NCBI GenBank assembly: GCA_963664705.1
Contig: OY761556.1
Span: 288,001-352,000 of the forward strand
Source: Acidobacteriota bacterium
GTDB taxonomy: Bacteria; Acidobacteriota; UBA6911
Length of the DNA stretch: 64,000 nt
Direction of reading: 5' to 3'
The translations under genes were made by a program, and so were the position numbers. Below, one piece after another: positions 8,657 to 19,151 of this stretch (the stretch's first letter is position 1; every line of letters begins with the position of its first letter). The notes under the pieces are model-generated. The model was not told the origin of the DNA. It saw nothing but the letters and a program-made list of their open reading frames with translations, and searched no databases.

Positions 8657-9853
8657 TCATCTTGCTTCGGCCTGCCGTGCTTTGATCTCTTTATACGTTA
8701 TTGTGTCGATCAAAATATATGCGAGCAAGACGATAAGCCCGGCCAGAGAGATGACAAACGCCTGGCGAAAGTCCGTGATTCCCATCTGTTTTTGAATCCA
8801 GGCAAATGCCAGCGGCTGGACGAACTGGCCCAGGCCGGAGGTTGCATAGAAGATGGACATCGCCATGGTAACTGCAACGGGCGCAACCATCGAGGAGACC
8901 CTCGTCAGGACCCCCGGGATTACCAGTGCAAGCCCAACACCGCAGAGCATCATGGCAAGATTAATCAGAATGAGCGAGTGCCCGGTGAAAGCAACAAAAG
9001 CCGCGAGGGCGTTGATCAATAGGCCGCAGGCTATAACATATTTCCGGAAGAGCTTCGCGAGCAGGCCGAAAAACAACGCTACGATGGAGATCGAAATCGT
9101 CAGGAGCGACATGGTCAGGCCCAGATCGGCGGAAGTCGCAATTTTCTCGCCAACAGCCATCATGGCTGTGGTTGTCACAAAGGCGAACGTGAACATTGCA
9201 TAGAACAGGTACCAGACTGAAAATGTCCAGGTGCGCCACGCCATCCTGAATTTGGCTTTGACTTCTTTATTGGTCGCAGATGTTTTTGACTGGCGCTCGG
9301 GCTCCGGTACGATGACAAAAGCGATCAGATAAAACACGGCGCACACTGCCGTGGCGATACATGCATATCTCCAGTTGATTCCCGCGAGGTAACCGCCCAT
9401 AAGCTGGAACACGACGCCGCCAACGGACGCTGCTGCCTGGTTCCACCCCATCATCGTCTGCCTGGTCGAACCGTCGAAAAAATGCACGATCAGGTCGGCT
9501 GCGGCCGGAGTCAGAAGGCCAACCCCTGCACCCATCACGAACCGCAGCACCAGGAAGAACGTAAAGTTGTCAATGAAGGCAGGCAGAATACCGCCAATCA
9601 GCAGAAGGACGATAGCGACAAACAGTATCTTACGCCTTGCCGCTATGTCGGTGAGCTTGGCGTAAACCGGCGAAAAAATTACGCAGCACAGCGAAGGGAT
9701 CGTCGACAGCAGTTGAATGATGCTCGGAGCGACTTTGGGAAACGCTGCCTGAATTGCCGGGAGCACCGGATTGAGCATGCTTTGCGGGATCGTGAGCAGG
9801 GCCACCGCCAAAATACCGATTTTGAGTACATTGCGATGGACATCTTTAGTCAT
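8657..9853 (-). CDS. MFS transporter
   Basis: About 12 hydrophobic helices, motif-A-like KLTDIAARRK, LRFVMGAGVG. Confidence 0.9.
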   Translation of the reverse strand: MTKDVHRNVLKIGILAVALLTIPQSMLNPVLPAIQAAFPKVAPSIIQLLSTIPSLCCVIFSPVYAKLTDIAARRKILFVAIVLLLIGGILPAFIDNFTFFLVLRFVMGAGVGLLTPAAADLIVHFFDGSTRQTMMGWNQAAASVGGVVFQLMGGYLAGINWRYACIATAVCAVFYLIAFVIVPEPERQSKTSATNKEVKAKFRMAWRTWTFSVWYLFYAMFTFAFVTTTAMMAVGEKIATSADLGLTMSLLTISISIVALFFGLLAKLFRKYVIACGLLINALAAFVAFTGHSLILINLAMMLCGVGLALVIPGVLTRVSSMVAPVAVTMAMSIFYATSGLGQFVQPLAFAWIQKQMGITDFRQAFVISLAGLIVLLAYILIDTITYKEIKARQAEAR

Positions 9854-9967
9854 GGACGATTCTCCCTTTCCGGTAAACCAGGCGTAGCGCAACTGCAGTC
9901 ATCCAACCACACGATCCCTTACGGTTTGTACCCGCGGCCTCCGATATCCGGTGCCGGTTTTCGGTAT

Positions 9968-11074
9968 TTAGCCGCCGTAGTTGATTCTCGATTGCTTGTA
10001 AAGCTCTTCGCGGAAGGCATTGGTCAGAATACTGAGCCCGGGCATCATTGAATACATGCTCAACGCGGACGGTTTGTCGGGTCGGCAGTATTTGTTGGCG
10101 TAGGCTCGGGCGTAGGCTCGCTGCTCCTCCTCTGTCGAGTTTTTTACATCGTATATCTCAGGCATTGCCGCAATGATGATCCGGTCGCCGTAGAGGTCGT
10201 AGATCTTCTCGATATCGTTCATCGCCTGCGGCATCCAGGAGTCGAAACCCGCCGCGATCATGTTCGTCACCTGCTTGATATTGCTGCCGCAACAATGCAG
10301 GTCGGCGAATTTGCCCTTTGAGTGAATAAAATCCGTCACCCTGCGCATGAAGGGGACAAGCATCTCGGACACCACCGCGGGCGAGAAAAACGTGTCCTTC
10401 TGTGACCCCCAGTCATCATGTATCGTGTAGATGTCAACCTGTGGGAAATAGGTTATGAATTTATCCATCATCCGTATGTAAAGATCGGAAAGCCTGTCGA
10501 AAAAGCGCTTTACCGCATCTTTCTGTTCCTCGTCCACCATTGCCAGAATAGCGCCTTCAAAATCCATGAATGAGATCAGCCGTTCAAAGTATCCGTTCAT
10601 GAACATAGCGGCATAAGATGCCGTACTGCCCAGGTACTGCTCGTTTGCCTTCGAAGCGCCTTCCCAATCCCAGTTGTCGATGTCCGGCCATATAACCTTT
10701 TTCTCGATGTCATTGGCATCTTCAATGAATGGCTTGCCCGGCCGAACCATCGATCCGCCCGCCGATGGTATGTATTCCCATTCGATGCCGAAAAGGTCCT
10801 TGCCTCCCGTAAGATTGCTGACGCCGGGAACAACGGTGCCGTCAAAAACAAAGGCGCGGGCCACGTTGTCCGGGTTTATCGACGGAGTGAAATTTTTGCT
10901 CTCAACGCCGATTCCCAACATGACCTGCCAGATCGCTTTCCTGGCATACAAAGCTCTGACCGCCTCCTTTCCTGTGGTGGGGAAGCTGTAAATCGGAATT
11001 CCGGGGCCTCCAAAAAAATCCGGCACTTCTGCAGCAACCTGCAGTTCTCTTGGATTGAATTTCGGAATTTGCAT
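9968..11074 (-). CDS. Uroporphyrinogen decarboxylase / MtaA-CmuA methyltransferase family protein
   Basis: FERLISFMDFEGA, HDDWGSQ, Zn-ligand-type LHCCG; RBS GAGGGAG. Confidence 0.8.
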   Translation of the reverse strand: MQIPKFNPRELQVAAEVPDFFGGPGIPIYSFPTTGKEAVRALYARKAIWQVMLGIGVESKNFTPSINPDNVARAFVFDGTVVPGVSNLTGGKDLFGIEWEYIPSAGGSMVRPGKPFIEDANDIEKKVIWPDIDNWDWEGASKANEQYLGSTASYAAMFMNGYFERLISFMDFEGAILAMVDEEQKDAVKRFFDRLSDLYIRMMDKFITYFPQVDIYTIHDDWGSQKDTFFSPAVVSEMLVPFMRRVTDFIHSKGKFADLHCCGSNIKQVTNMIAAGFDSWMPQAMNDIEKIYDLYGDRIIIAAMPEIYDVKNSTEEEQRAYARAYANKYCRPDKPSALSMYSMMPGLSILTNAFREELYKQSRINYGG

Positions 11075-11478
11075 ATATTCTCCCTCAAACGTGAGGATAA
11101 GGAGGATGGGCGGTGGACTCCTGAGCCGATTCGTCTCAAATCCTCTGTTGCGATTTGGATAATTTCCTACATGTTGCCTGAAATCGATAAATCCGGGCAA
11201 TGGGGCATTCTAGCCGAAGATGAAGATGCCAGATAATGATATCTGGAAGTCACAGGCTTTCCTGAAACAGCCTATCCATAGATTCGGAGTGCGTTATCGA
11301 GTGATAGCACAGAGGCGGAATTATTTTTTTCTGTTCGCTATGTTATTTGATGCCCATAATCATGATGTTTCTGCCGGTCTCAGGAGAATACCATGGAATT
11401 TGCGAGCTATTGGGCTCGCGCCATGGCTCGGACGAAAACCTGTTGAGCACGGAATAGGGTCAAATGGGAGGACAGGGG

Positions 11479-14400
11479 ATGAAAAGGACTGTTTGCGCGG
11501 TTCTGAGGCGTATAGAGATAACCCGAAGCTGCATTCCAGGCGTTGCACTCCTATGCCTGTTCGTCATGCAGCCATGTTCTGCCGGGACTCGGGAAGAATT
11601 GTTCTCCGCGATTGAACGTGGAGATCTCGAGGTAGTTCGAAGTCTCCTGAACTCGGGCGCAGACCCGAATAGCTGCTCTGATGGTATCTTTCATCCGCTT
11701 ATTGCGGCATCCGAAGCCGGCCGGATAGATATAGCCAGGCTTTTGGTCGAGAAGGGATCCAATGTCAATGGGGGGTGTCCTGGCGCGCTGGCGCCTCTGA
11801 TAATGGCCGCGAGCAGGGATCGTGTCGAAATCGTTCAATGGCTGCTGGAGAAGGGAGCTGACATCAATGTCAAGGACATGAGCGGACGAACCGCCCTTAT
11901 GACAGCGGCAGAGAAGGGGGCCATAAGATCACTGACCGTTCTCCTGAAGATGGGCGCCGATGCCAAAGCCCAGGATCAGATGGGAATGACTGCCTATGAG
12001 TTGGCCGTGCAAAACCAGAAAGGGGAGGCTGCGCGGCTGCTGGGAGGGAAACCGGTCAATATCAGGAATGCCGCAGCAGACCGGAGGCGGCTGCAGGAAG
12101 CGATGTTCAAAGATAATACGCAGCTGGTCCGTCAGATTCTCGATGAAGGAGCTGATGTCAATTCCCGTGTTGACGGCCAGACGCCGCTCGAAACGGCAAT
12201 TGCTTTTGGACGCGAGGATATTGTTGCTCTTTTGTTGGAAAAGGGTGCGGATGTCAATGCCAGCGGATTTGAGAATCGGACGCCATTGATGCTTGCTGTA
12301 GAGGACGGCAAAACGAAAATTGTCTGGCTGCTGGTGAATAAGGGAGCCGACCTAAAAGCCCAAAATGTCTTTGGCCAGACGGCGCTGAACCTCGCCACCC
12401 GGGAACGGCGAACGGAAATCGTCAAGCTTTTGACAAACAAGCCTTCCGGGCCTCCCCCCGGTCCGACTCAGAAGGAGTTGAGTGAAGAGTTGACGATGGC
12501 GACCGCTGCGGGGAATATCGAAAAAATCAAGGAGTTGCTGGCCAGGGGAGCGGATAAGAACGGGATCAAGGGCGATGCGATGCCTCCGCTGCTAATGGCC
12601 GTTGGAAGCGGAAAGCCGGAAGTCATCGACGTGCTGCTGCAGGCCGGGGCTGATATCAACACGCGTGGAGCTATCGGAATGACCGGTCTGATGCTGGCGG
12701 CAAATCATGGCCGCCTTGAATTGGTGCGATACCTTCTGGATCGAGGTGCCAATGCCAATGCAAAAACAGATGCAGGACAGACTGCCCTGACACTGGCTTC
12801 CGGAAAAGACCGGGCAGAGATCATAAAACTCTTGACCGCGAGAGGGTCCCGCCTGGATCCCCAGTCGGACATGTATTCGGATATCATGAAAAACTCCGGC
12901 GCAAAGGGAGAAGATAGCGTTGCTGGTAAAAAGATGGGTTCCGCGATTGCCAAGGCGAAGACGCAGTCCCGTCATTCCGTAATTGCATTGCTGGATGCCG
13001 CATCGGCAGGAGACGTGGAGGCGCTGCGCCTGCTGTTGGCACAGGGTGCCGATGTCAATGGGGAGAACACGGGGCAGGACACGGCGCTTTTAAAGGCGTC
13101 GAGCGGCGATCATATGGAGGCCGTGAAGTTGCTCCTCGATCGCGGCGCCAATGTGAATGCCGCTAATTTCTCCGGACGCACGCCATTGCTTGAGAGCGCC
13201 GGGCGCCACAATGTGGAGCTTTCCCGTTTGTTGATTGCCCAGGGTGCAAGCATTAACGCGGCGGATCGTGACGGACGCACGCCGCTGATGGAATCGGTCT
13301 GTTCCGGGAGCCCGGAAATAGTGCAGATGCTGGTCGATAAGGGCGCCAATGTGAACGCGGCGGATAAAGAGGGGAAGACCGCCTTCTTTCACCAGTGCCA
13401 GGGCGGAGAAAGCACGAACAAGGTTGCCGAAATTCTAAAGCTTCTGATTGCCCGAGGCGCCAACGTGAATGCAAAAACACTGAAGGGCAAAACCATGCTG
13501 ATGTCGGCGGCGGACACCAGCACCGTCGAGGTGGTTGGAATTCTCCTGGATAAAGGTGCCGACGTGAATGCCCGCGACAGCCGCGGGCTGACGGCCCTGC
13601 TTACCGCGCTTACAACGCACTATTACAGGTCCGATACGGTGCGACTTCTTGTGAATCGCGGCGCCGATGTCAACGCTGCCACAGCGGATGGACTTACGCC
13701 GCTGATGTGCGCATCCGAACCGGACTTTGTCCGAATGCTGATCGACAGGGGGGCGAATATTCATGCGGTCGATCGCAGCGGCAGAAGCGTTTTGTACCAC
13801 CACGGACGATATCTCAAGACCGCGCAGATGCTGTTGGCAGAAGGCGCAAGACCGCTGAAGACAGATACAATTGCCATCTATGCGACCGGCGGCGACTTTC
13901 CGTGCCTGGAATGCTCGCTGCTTTTCCTGGACAATGGTGTGGACTTGGAGGTGCGCGACCGATTGGGCGAAACGTTGTTGATGCATGCCGTCGGTTTCAA
14001 TGAGCTCTCCTTCATGCAGAACCTGTTGAATCGCAAAGCCGACGTGAGGGCTGCGGATCCGCAAGGCAACACTGTTTTGCATAAGGTCGCATTTGTGGAA
14101 TATGCGGAACTCCTTTTAGCCAGGGGAGTGGACGTCAATGCCCGCAACAAAGACGGCCGAACACCGCTGATGACCCAGAGCCGCGCTAAAATTGCCGAGG
14201 TTTTGATCCGGAAGGGCGCTCAGGTAAATGCCCGTGACAGCGAAGGGAACACCGCCCTTATTCTAAGCCGCAGTTTTGACAAAACGGAGCTTCTGGTCAA
14301 TCAGGGGGCCGATTTGACAATTCGGAACAACAAAGGCGAAACTGCGTTGACGGCTGCGGCGGAGCTGGCTGATACCTTCAGCGCGACTGTTCTCTTGAAG

Positions 14401-14514
14401 AAGGGAATTGACGTAAATGCCCGAACGACCAATGGCGAGACAGCCTTGAGCATTGCAATTCGAAAAAAAGATGCAGCCATGACTACGCTTCTCAAGAAAG
14501 CAGGCGCACTGTAG
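11479..14514 (+). CDS. Large, probably exported ankyrin-repeat protein (~1010 aa)
   Basis: Roughly 25 or more G-x-T-(P/A)-L...LL-x-x-GA-(D/N)-VN repeats; hydrophobic N-terminal leader. Confidence 0.92.
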   Translation: MKRTVCAVLRRIEITRSCIPGVALLCLFVMQPCSAGTREELFSAIERGDLEVVRSLLNSGADPNSCSDGIFHPLIAASEAGRIDIARLLVEKGSNVNGGCPGALAPLIMAASRDRVEIVQWLLEKGADINVKDMSGRTALMTAAEKGAIRSLTVLLKMGADAKAQDQMGMTAYELAVQNQKGEAARLLGGKPVNIRNAAADRRRLQEAMFKDNTQLVRQILDEGADVNSRVDGQTPLETAIAFGREDIVALLLEKGADVNASGFENRTPLMLAVEDGKTKIVWLLVNKGADLKAQNVFGQTALNLATRERRTEIVKLLTNKPSGPPPGPTQKELSEELTMATAAGNIEKIKELLARGADKNGIKGDAMPPLLMAVGSGKPEVIDVLLQAGADINTRGAIGMTGLMLAANHGRLELVRYLLDRGANANAKTDAGQTALTLASGKDRAEIIKLLTARGSRLDPQSDMYSDIMKNSGAKGEDSVAGKKMGSAIAKAKTQSRHSVIALLDAASAGDVEALRLLLAQGADVNGENTGQDTALLKASSGDHMEAVKLLLDRGANVNAANFSGRTPLLESAGRHNVELSRLLIAQGASINAADRDGRTPLMESVCSGSPEIVQMLVDKGANVNAADKEGKTAFFHQCQGGESTNKVAEILKLLIARGANVNAKTLKGKTMLMSAADTSTVEVVGILLDKGADVNARDSRGLTALLTALTTHYYRSDTVRLLVNRGADVNAATADGLTPLMCASEPDFVRMLIDRGANIHAVDRSGRSVLYHHGRYLKTAQMLLAEGARPLKTDTIAIYATGGDFPCLECSLLFLDNGVDLEVRDRLGETLLMHAVGFNELSFMQNLLNRKADVRAADPQGNTVLHKVAFVEYAELLLARGVDVNARNKDGRTPLMTQSRAKIAEVLIRKGAQVNARDSEGNTALILSRSFDKTELLVNQGADLTIRNNKGETALTAAAELADTFSATVLLKKGIDVNARTTNGETALSIAIRKKDAAMTTLLKKAGAL

Positions 14515-14698
14515 ATCGGCAAGTCGAATTCCAGATTCCAGACACGGCGGGTTCTTGTAGCGATTTTGTGGTGTCATGCGTTACTATGGTCCGGATTGCT
14601 GGATGCCGCATCCGGCTCGCGCGTCTCATTTCCAGTCACTGTTTCAGTTCGTAGGTCTTTGCATAGGGTGTTAACGCTTATTGCATGGCCGAGGTCCC

Positions 14699-17600
14699 AT
14701 GAATAAATCCCTGCGGATTCTCTGTGTCGAAGGCAGCCCCTCCGATTTTTCCCTGATTCAGCAGCATCTGAAGAAATACCTCCCGCAGGTGGAGTTGAAT
14801 CGCGTTACCTGCGAGGCTGATCTGAAGACCGCACTTGAGGACGGAGTCTGGGATGTGGTGCTTTCCGCTTTTGCAGGTCCGGGCTTTGATTTCAAAGATG
14901 TGCTGCAAATGCTTCTGCCCTGGCGCGATGAGCTTCCGGTCATCCTGGTTTCTGACCGTCATGAACAGGAACAGGCGGTACAACTTCTCAGCCAGGGAAT
15001 CTGGGACTTTATTCTGAAGGACAATCTGACTCGCCTTGTTCCCACGATAGAGCGCAGCGTGAAGGATGTTGAAAATTATCGTGCGCGTCGAAAGGCTGAG
15101 CTTGCGCTGCAGGCAAGTGAAGAGCGATTCCGGGCGATTTTCGAGAACAACCCTGAGGGAGTTCTTGTGGTGGATGCGACCGAAAAGCGGATTCTCATGG
15201 CTAATCAGAGCATGTGCCGGATCCTGGGATATCGCTTGGATGAGCTGTCGCAGTTGGGCGTCATCGACATACATCCCCAGATCAATCAGCCGCGCGTTCA
15301 CCTGGAATTTGACGATCTTGCGCGGAAGGAGAGGCATTTCGCAAAAGAAATTCCTGTATTGCGCAAAGACGGATCCATTTTCCTGGCGGATATCAGTGCC
15401 AGCAATTTCGAGGTTGGCGGCCAGCGGTTCATGGTGGGTCTGTTTCACGATATCACTGAGCGTAAATTTGCCGAAGATGCACTGGAGGCGGAGGCTACCC
15501 GGCGACGAATTCTGGTGGACGCGTCCTGGGATGGAGTCGTTGTTCTTGATCAGGATGCCGCGGTTGTTGAGGCTAACCGGCGTTTTGCGGAGATGCTGGG
15601 CTATTCTGCGGATGAAGTCCGCCATTTGCATGTCTGGGATTGGGATTTCCAGTGGTCCAGGGAAATGGTATTGGATTCCATCCGTTCTGCTCCTGCGGGC
15701 GGGTATTTTGTGACGCAACATCGGCGCAAGGATGGGTCGGTGTTCGATGTCGAGATTTCAACAAATTACGCCGAATTGAAGGGCCAAAGACTTTTCTTCT
15801 GTGTTTGCCGAGATATTACAGAGCGCAAACAGGCCACGGAAGCGCTCGCACAGAGAGAAGAGATATTCTCGATCATTGTCGGCCAGGCCATGGATGCCAT
15901 TACCGTTGTGGATGTATCCAACGGGCGATTCGTTGAATTCAATACCGTCGCGCATGAAGGACTTGGCTATACACGTGAGGAATTTGCAGCTTTCAGTATT
16001 GCCGACATCCAGGGCGAGCACACACCTGAGACCATACAACAGAATCTAACTGCCATTCGTCTCCAGGGCGAACTGAGTTTTGAATCGAAGCATCGCCATC
16101 GGGATGGCAGTTTGCGTGACGTGCGGATCAGTGTCCGAAAACTGAGCATCAGGGATCGTGAGTACGCGGCAGCGGTCTGGACGGACATTACTGAGCGCAA
16201 GCGCGCCGAGCAACGCAATTCCCGCGATGCGTTGCGGACCGAGTTCCTGCTGCAATTGCATCAAACCGCATCTCAGATGACGGATCGGGAACTCTATGAC
16301 CATGTTCTGGAGCGCGCGGTACGGCTTACCGAGAGTTCCATCGGTTTCTTCCACCAGGTATCCGAGGACCAGAATTCTATTCTGCTGACCACCTGGAACA
16401 GGGGGGCGCTCGAGAACTGCACTGCCAACTATGATTCACATTATCCCGTGAACACGGCCGGCAACTGGGTGGACTGCATTCGTGAGCAGAGGCCGGTTGT
16501 CTATAACGATTATGCGACTTCGCCCAATCAAAAAGGGCTTCCTGAAGGGCACGCGCCGGTGAAGCGGTTTATGAGTATTCCGGTGATTCGCGATCAAAAA
16601 GTCCGCATTATCTTCGGCGTGGGCAACAAGGCAACGGATTATGACGACAGTGATGTTTCCCAGTTGCAGATTGTTGCCAACGAACTGCATAAGATAATGA
16701 CGCAGCGGGCCGCTCAAAATCAGCTGCGGCAACTGTCACAGGCCGTGGCTCAAAGCACAACCAGTGTTGTGATCATGGATACGGCGGGTGCAATTGAATA
16801 TGTCAACCCCAGGTTTACCCAAGTTGTAGGGTACTTCCTAGATGAAGTGCAGCATCGCAGTTTCAGGCTTCTAAAGCCGGATACTGTTTCGATGGAGGAT
16901 GAAAAGGGAATTTGGGGGGCAATCCTGGATGGCAAGGAAGGGTGGCATGGGGAGCTTCAAATCCGAAAGAAAAATGGAGAGCTTTATTGGGAATCCGCGT
17001 CGGTTTCTCCCATTGTTGATGCCATGGGCCAGATAACCCATTTTGTAGCTGTTATGGAAGATATTGCGGAACGAAAGCGGCTGGAGTTGTTCCGTGAGGC
17101 GCTTCTATCTCTCGGGAATCAGCTCAATAGCACACGAGATGCCGCAAGTGTGGGCAGGTCTGTGATTGGGATTGCCGATCGATTGTGGCGGTGGGATGCC
17201 GCACGGCTGGATGTCATCGATGCAGGCACGCAGCAGGTTTCGTCGATTTTTAGAGTGGGGCTTGTGAACGGAAAGCGTTTTGAGCTGCCACCGCTCGGAG
17301 TTATCCCGCTTACAGAGCAGATGCAGCGAGTGATCGTGCGCGGACCCGAGTTGCAGAGTGTTGCCATGGAGGGGCTGCCCGAGGCCATCCCATTTGAAAC
17401 CGAAGGGTGCCAGGGGGCATCCATGATGTGCGTGCCCATTCATCGTGAAATGCACATTGTGGGATTTCTTTCTATTTGCAGCTATTCGACCGGCGCCTAC
17501 ACGCAGGAAGATCTGAAAATATTCCAGGCCCTGGCGGATTACTGCGGGGGCGCACTCGACCGCATTCGATCTGAGGAGTCCCTCCGCGAAAGCGAAGGAA

Positions 17601-19108
17601 GATATCGCAACCTTGTGGAAACGACGTTTGACTGGATCTGGGAGACAGATGCGAACGGGCGCTATACCTATGCCAGTCCCAAGGTTAAGGACCTCCTTGG
17701 ATATGCGCCGGAAGAGGTTATTGGCAAAAGCCCCTTCGATCTTATGACGGAGCGAGAAGCCCATCGAGTGAGCGCGCTTTTCCGGGAAATTGCAGCTGCG
17801 CAAAAGCCATTTTCCGGCCTGGAAAATGCCAACCGCCACAAGGATGGACACCTGGTAATTCTGGAATCCTCCGGAGTTCCGGTGGTGGATGAATCCGGCA
17901 GACTCAAGGCGTACCGCGGAATGGATCGGGATATCTCGGAACGAAAACGACTGGAAGAGCAATTTCGCCAGGCGCAGAAGCTTGAGGCGGTCGGGCAGTT
18001 GGCCGGCGGTGTCGCCCATGATTTTAACAATATCCTGGCGGCGATCATGATGCAGCTGGACCTGTTGCGGCTAAGTCCGGCTCTGGATGACGAAATGCTG
18101 CAGGGGTTGGATGAGCTGGGAGAACAGGCGCAGCGCGCCGCGGGTTTGACCCGTCAATTGCTGATGTTCAGTCGACGGTCAGTCCTGACAACCGCTCCGT
18201 TGGATCTCAACGAGGTTGTGGAAAACCTTCTCAAAATGCTGCGCCGCCTGATTGGGGAACAGATTGATCTGCGCTTTGACGGCAAGACCGGATTGCCGCT
18301 TGTGGAAGCGGATGCCGGGATGATTGATCAGGTTCTGTTGAATCTGGTTGTCAACGCAAGGGACGCCATGCCTAAAGGCGGGCGGATCACGATCAGCACA
18401 TTCACCGTTGATTTGGACGAGGCGGATTGTGTCATGAATCCTGATCGACGATCCGGCAGTTTTGTCTGCCTGGCAGCCTCCGACACGGGAATGGGCATGG
18501 ATTCCTATACGATGGAGAAGATTTTTGAACCGTTTTTCACCACAAAGGAGGCGGGCAAAGGAACCGGGCTGGGGCTGGCAACAGTTCACGGCATCGTGGC
18601 TCAGCATAAAGGCTGGATTGAAGTGGAAAGCACTTTAGGAAAAGGTTCGACCTTCAAGGTGGTATTGCCGGCGCTGATTCATCCAGTCGATCTTGTGTTG
18701 CCCAAAGAATCCAGGGTACCGCTGCGCGGCGGCAGTGAGACAATTTTGTTTGTGGAGGATGACACGTCCGTCCGTCAGATGGTCGATCAAGCCTTGCGTG
18801 CGCTGGGTTATTCGGTGCACACGGCAAAAAATGGACGGGAAGCCATGGCTCTTTGGAACATATGCGGAGCCGATGTCGATCTTCTATTCACCGATATGGT
18901 GATGCCGGAAGGGATGAGCGGGATGGATCTGGTTGAGCGATTGCGGATGCTGAAACCGGGTTTGAAGGCAATCATCTCAAGCGGGTACAGCACCGAAATT
19001 GTCCAGGATGGAGTCCTTGATTCTGCCGATGTAACGTATCTTCCCAAACCCTATGAGGCAAGAGCGTTGGCGGAAGCCGTGTGGCAATGCCTGCATGCGC
19101 GGAAATGA
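14699..19108 (+). CDS. Cytoplasmic hybrid sensor histidine kinase (pseudo-REC, multiple PAS, 2 GAF, HisKA, HATPase, REC)
   Basis: Repeated DITERK PAS ends, H-box GGVAHDFNNIL, NARDAM, GTGLGLA, C-terminal VEDD...TDMVMP...KP. Confidence 0.95.
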   Translation: MNKSLRILCVEGSPSDFSLIQQHLKKYLPQVELNRVTCEADLKTALEDGVWDVVLSAFAGPGFDFKDVLQMLLPWRDELPVILVSDRHEQEQAVQLLSQGIWDFILKDNLTRLVPTIERSVKDVENYRARRKAELALQASEERFRAIFENNPEGVLVVDATEKRILMANQSMCRILGYRLDELSQLGVIDIHPQINQPRVHLEFDDLARKERHFAKEIPVLRKDGSIFLADISASNFEVGGQRFMVGLFHDITERKFAEDALEAEATRRRILVDASWDGVVVLDQDAAVVEANRRFAEMLGYSADEVRHLHVWDWDFQWSREMVLDSIRSAPAGGYFVTQHRRKDGSVFDVEISTNYAELKGQRLFFCVCRDITERKQATEALAQREEIFSIIVGQAMDAITVVDVSNGRFVEFNTVAHEGLGYTREEFAAFSIADIQGEHTPETIQQNLTAIRLQGELSFESKHRHRDGSLRDVRISVRKLSIRDREYAAAVWTDITERKRAEQRNSRDALRTEFLLQLHQTASQMTDRELYDHVLERAVRLTESSIGFFHQVSEDQNSILLTTWNRGALENCTANYDSHYPVNTAGNWVDCIREQRPVVYNDYATSPNQKGLPEGHAPVKRFMSIPVIRDQKVRIIFGVGNKATDYDDSDVSQLQIVANELHKIMTQRAAQNQLRQLSQAVAQSTTSVVIMDTAGAIEYVNPRFTQVVGYFLDEVQHRSFRLLKPDTVSMEDEKGIWGAILDGKEGWHGELQIRKKNGELYWESASVSPIVDAMGQITHFVAVMEDIAERKRLELFREALLSLGNQLNSTRDAASVGRSVIGIADRLWRWDAARLDVIDAGTQQVSSIFRVGLVNGKRFELPPLGVIPLTEQMQRVIVRGPELQSVAMEGLPEAIPFETEGCQGASMMCVPIHREMHIVGFLSICSYSTGAYTQEDLKIFQALADYCGGALDRIRSEESLRESEGRYRNLVETTFDWIWETDANGRYTYASPKVKDLLGYAPEEVIGKSPFDLMTEREAHRVSALFREIAAAQKPFSGLENANRHKDGHLVILESSGVPVVDESGRLKAYRGMDRDISERKRLEEQFRQAQKLEAVGQLAGGVAHDFNNILAAIMMQLDLLRLSPALDDEMLQGLDELGEQAQRAAGLTRQLLMFSRRSVLTTAPLDLNEVVENLLKMLRRLIGEQIDLRFDGKTGLPLVEADAGMIDQVLLNLVVNARDAMPKGGRITISTFTVDLDEADCVMNPDRRSGSFVCLAASDTGMGMDSYTMEKIFEPFFTTKEAGKGTGLGLATVHGIVAQHKGWIEVESTLGKGSTFKVVLPALIHPVDLVLPKESRVPLRGGSETILFVEDDTSVRQMVDQALRALGYSVHTAKNGREAMALWNICGADVDLLFTDMVMPEGMSGMDLVERLRMLKPGLKAIISSGYSTEIVQDGVLDSADVTYLPKPYEARALAEAVWQCLHARK

Positions 19109-19122
19109 CCCCTCCGATAGAT

Positions 19123-19151
19123 GCCGGGGGAGCGCACCGGCGCTCACCCGG
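19123..19151. repeat. GC-rich REP-like hairpin, copy A
   Basis: GCCGGGGGAGCGC-ACCG-GCGCTCACCCGG between convergent genes; shares a 13-mer with 51929. Confidence 0.5.

Noticed and set aside
11479-14514. CRISPR array or DNA tandem repeat
   Set aside because: The repetition is protein-level ankyrin periodicity with degenerate codons; no repeat-spacer array was seen anywhere in the window.
364-19108. Integrase, transposase or prophage genes explaining the tRNA duplication
   Set aside because: No ORF with tyrosine or serine recombinase, DDE or phage motifs was seen, and I found no third copy of the tRNA core in the intergenic regions.
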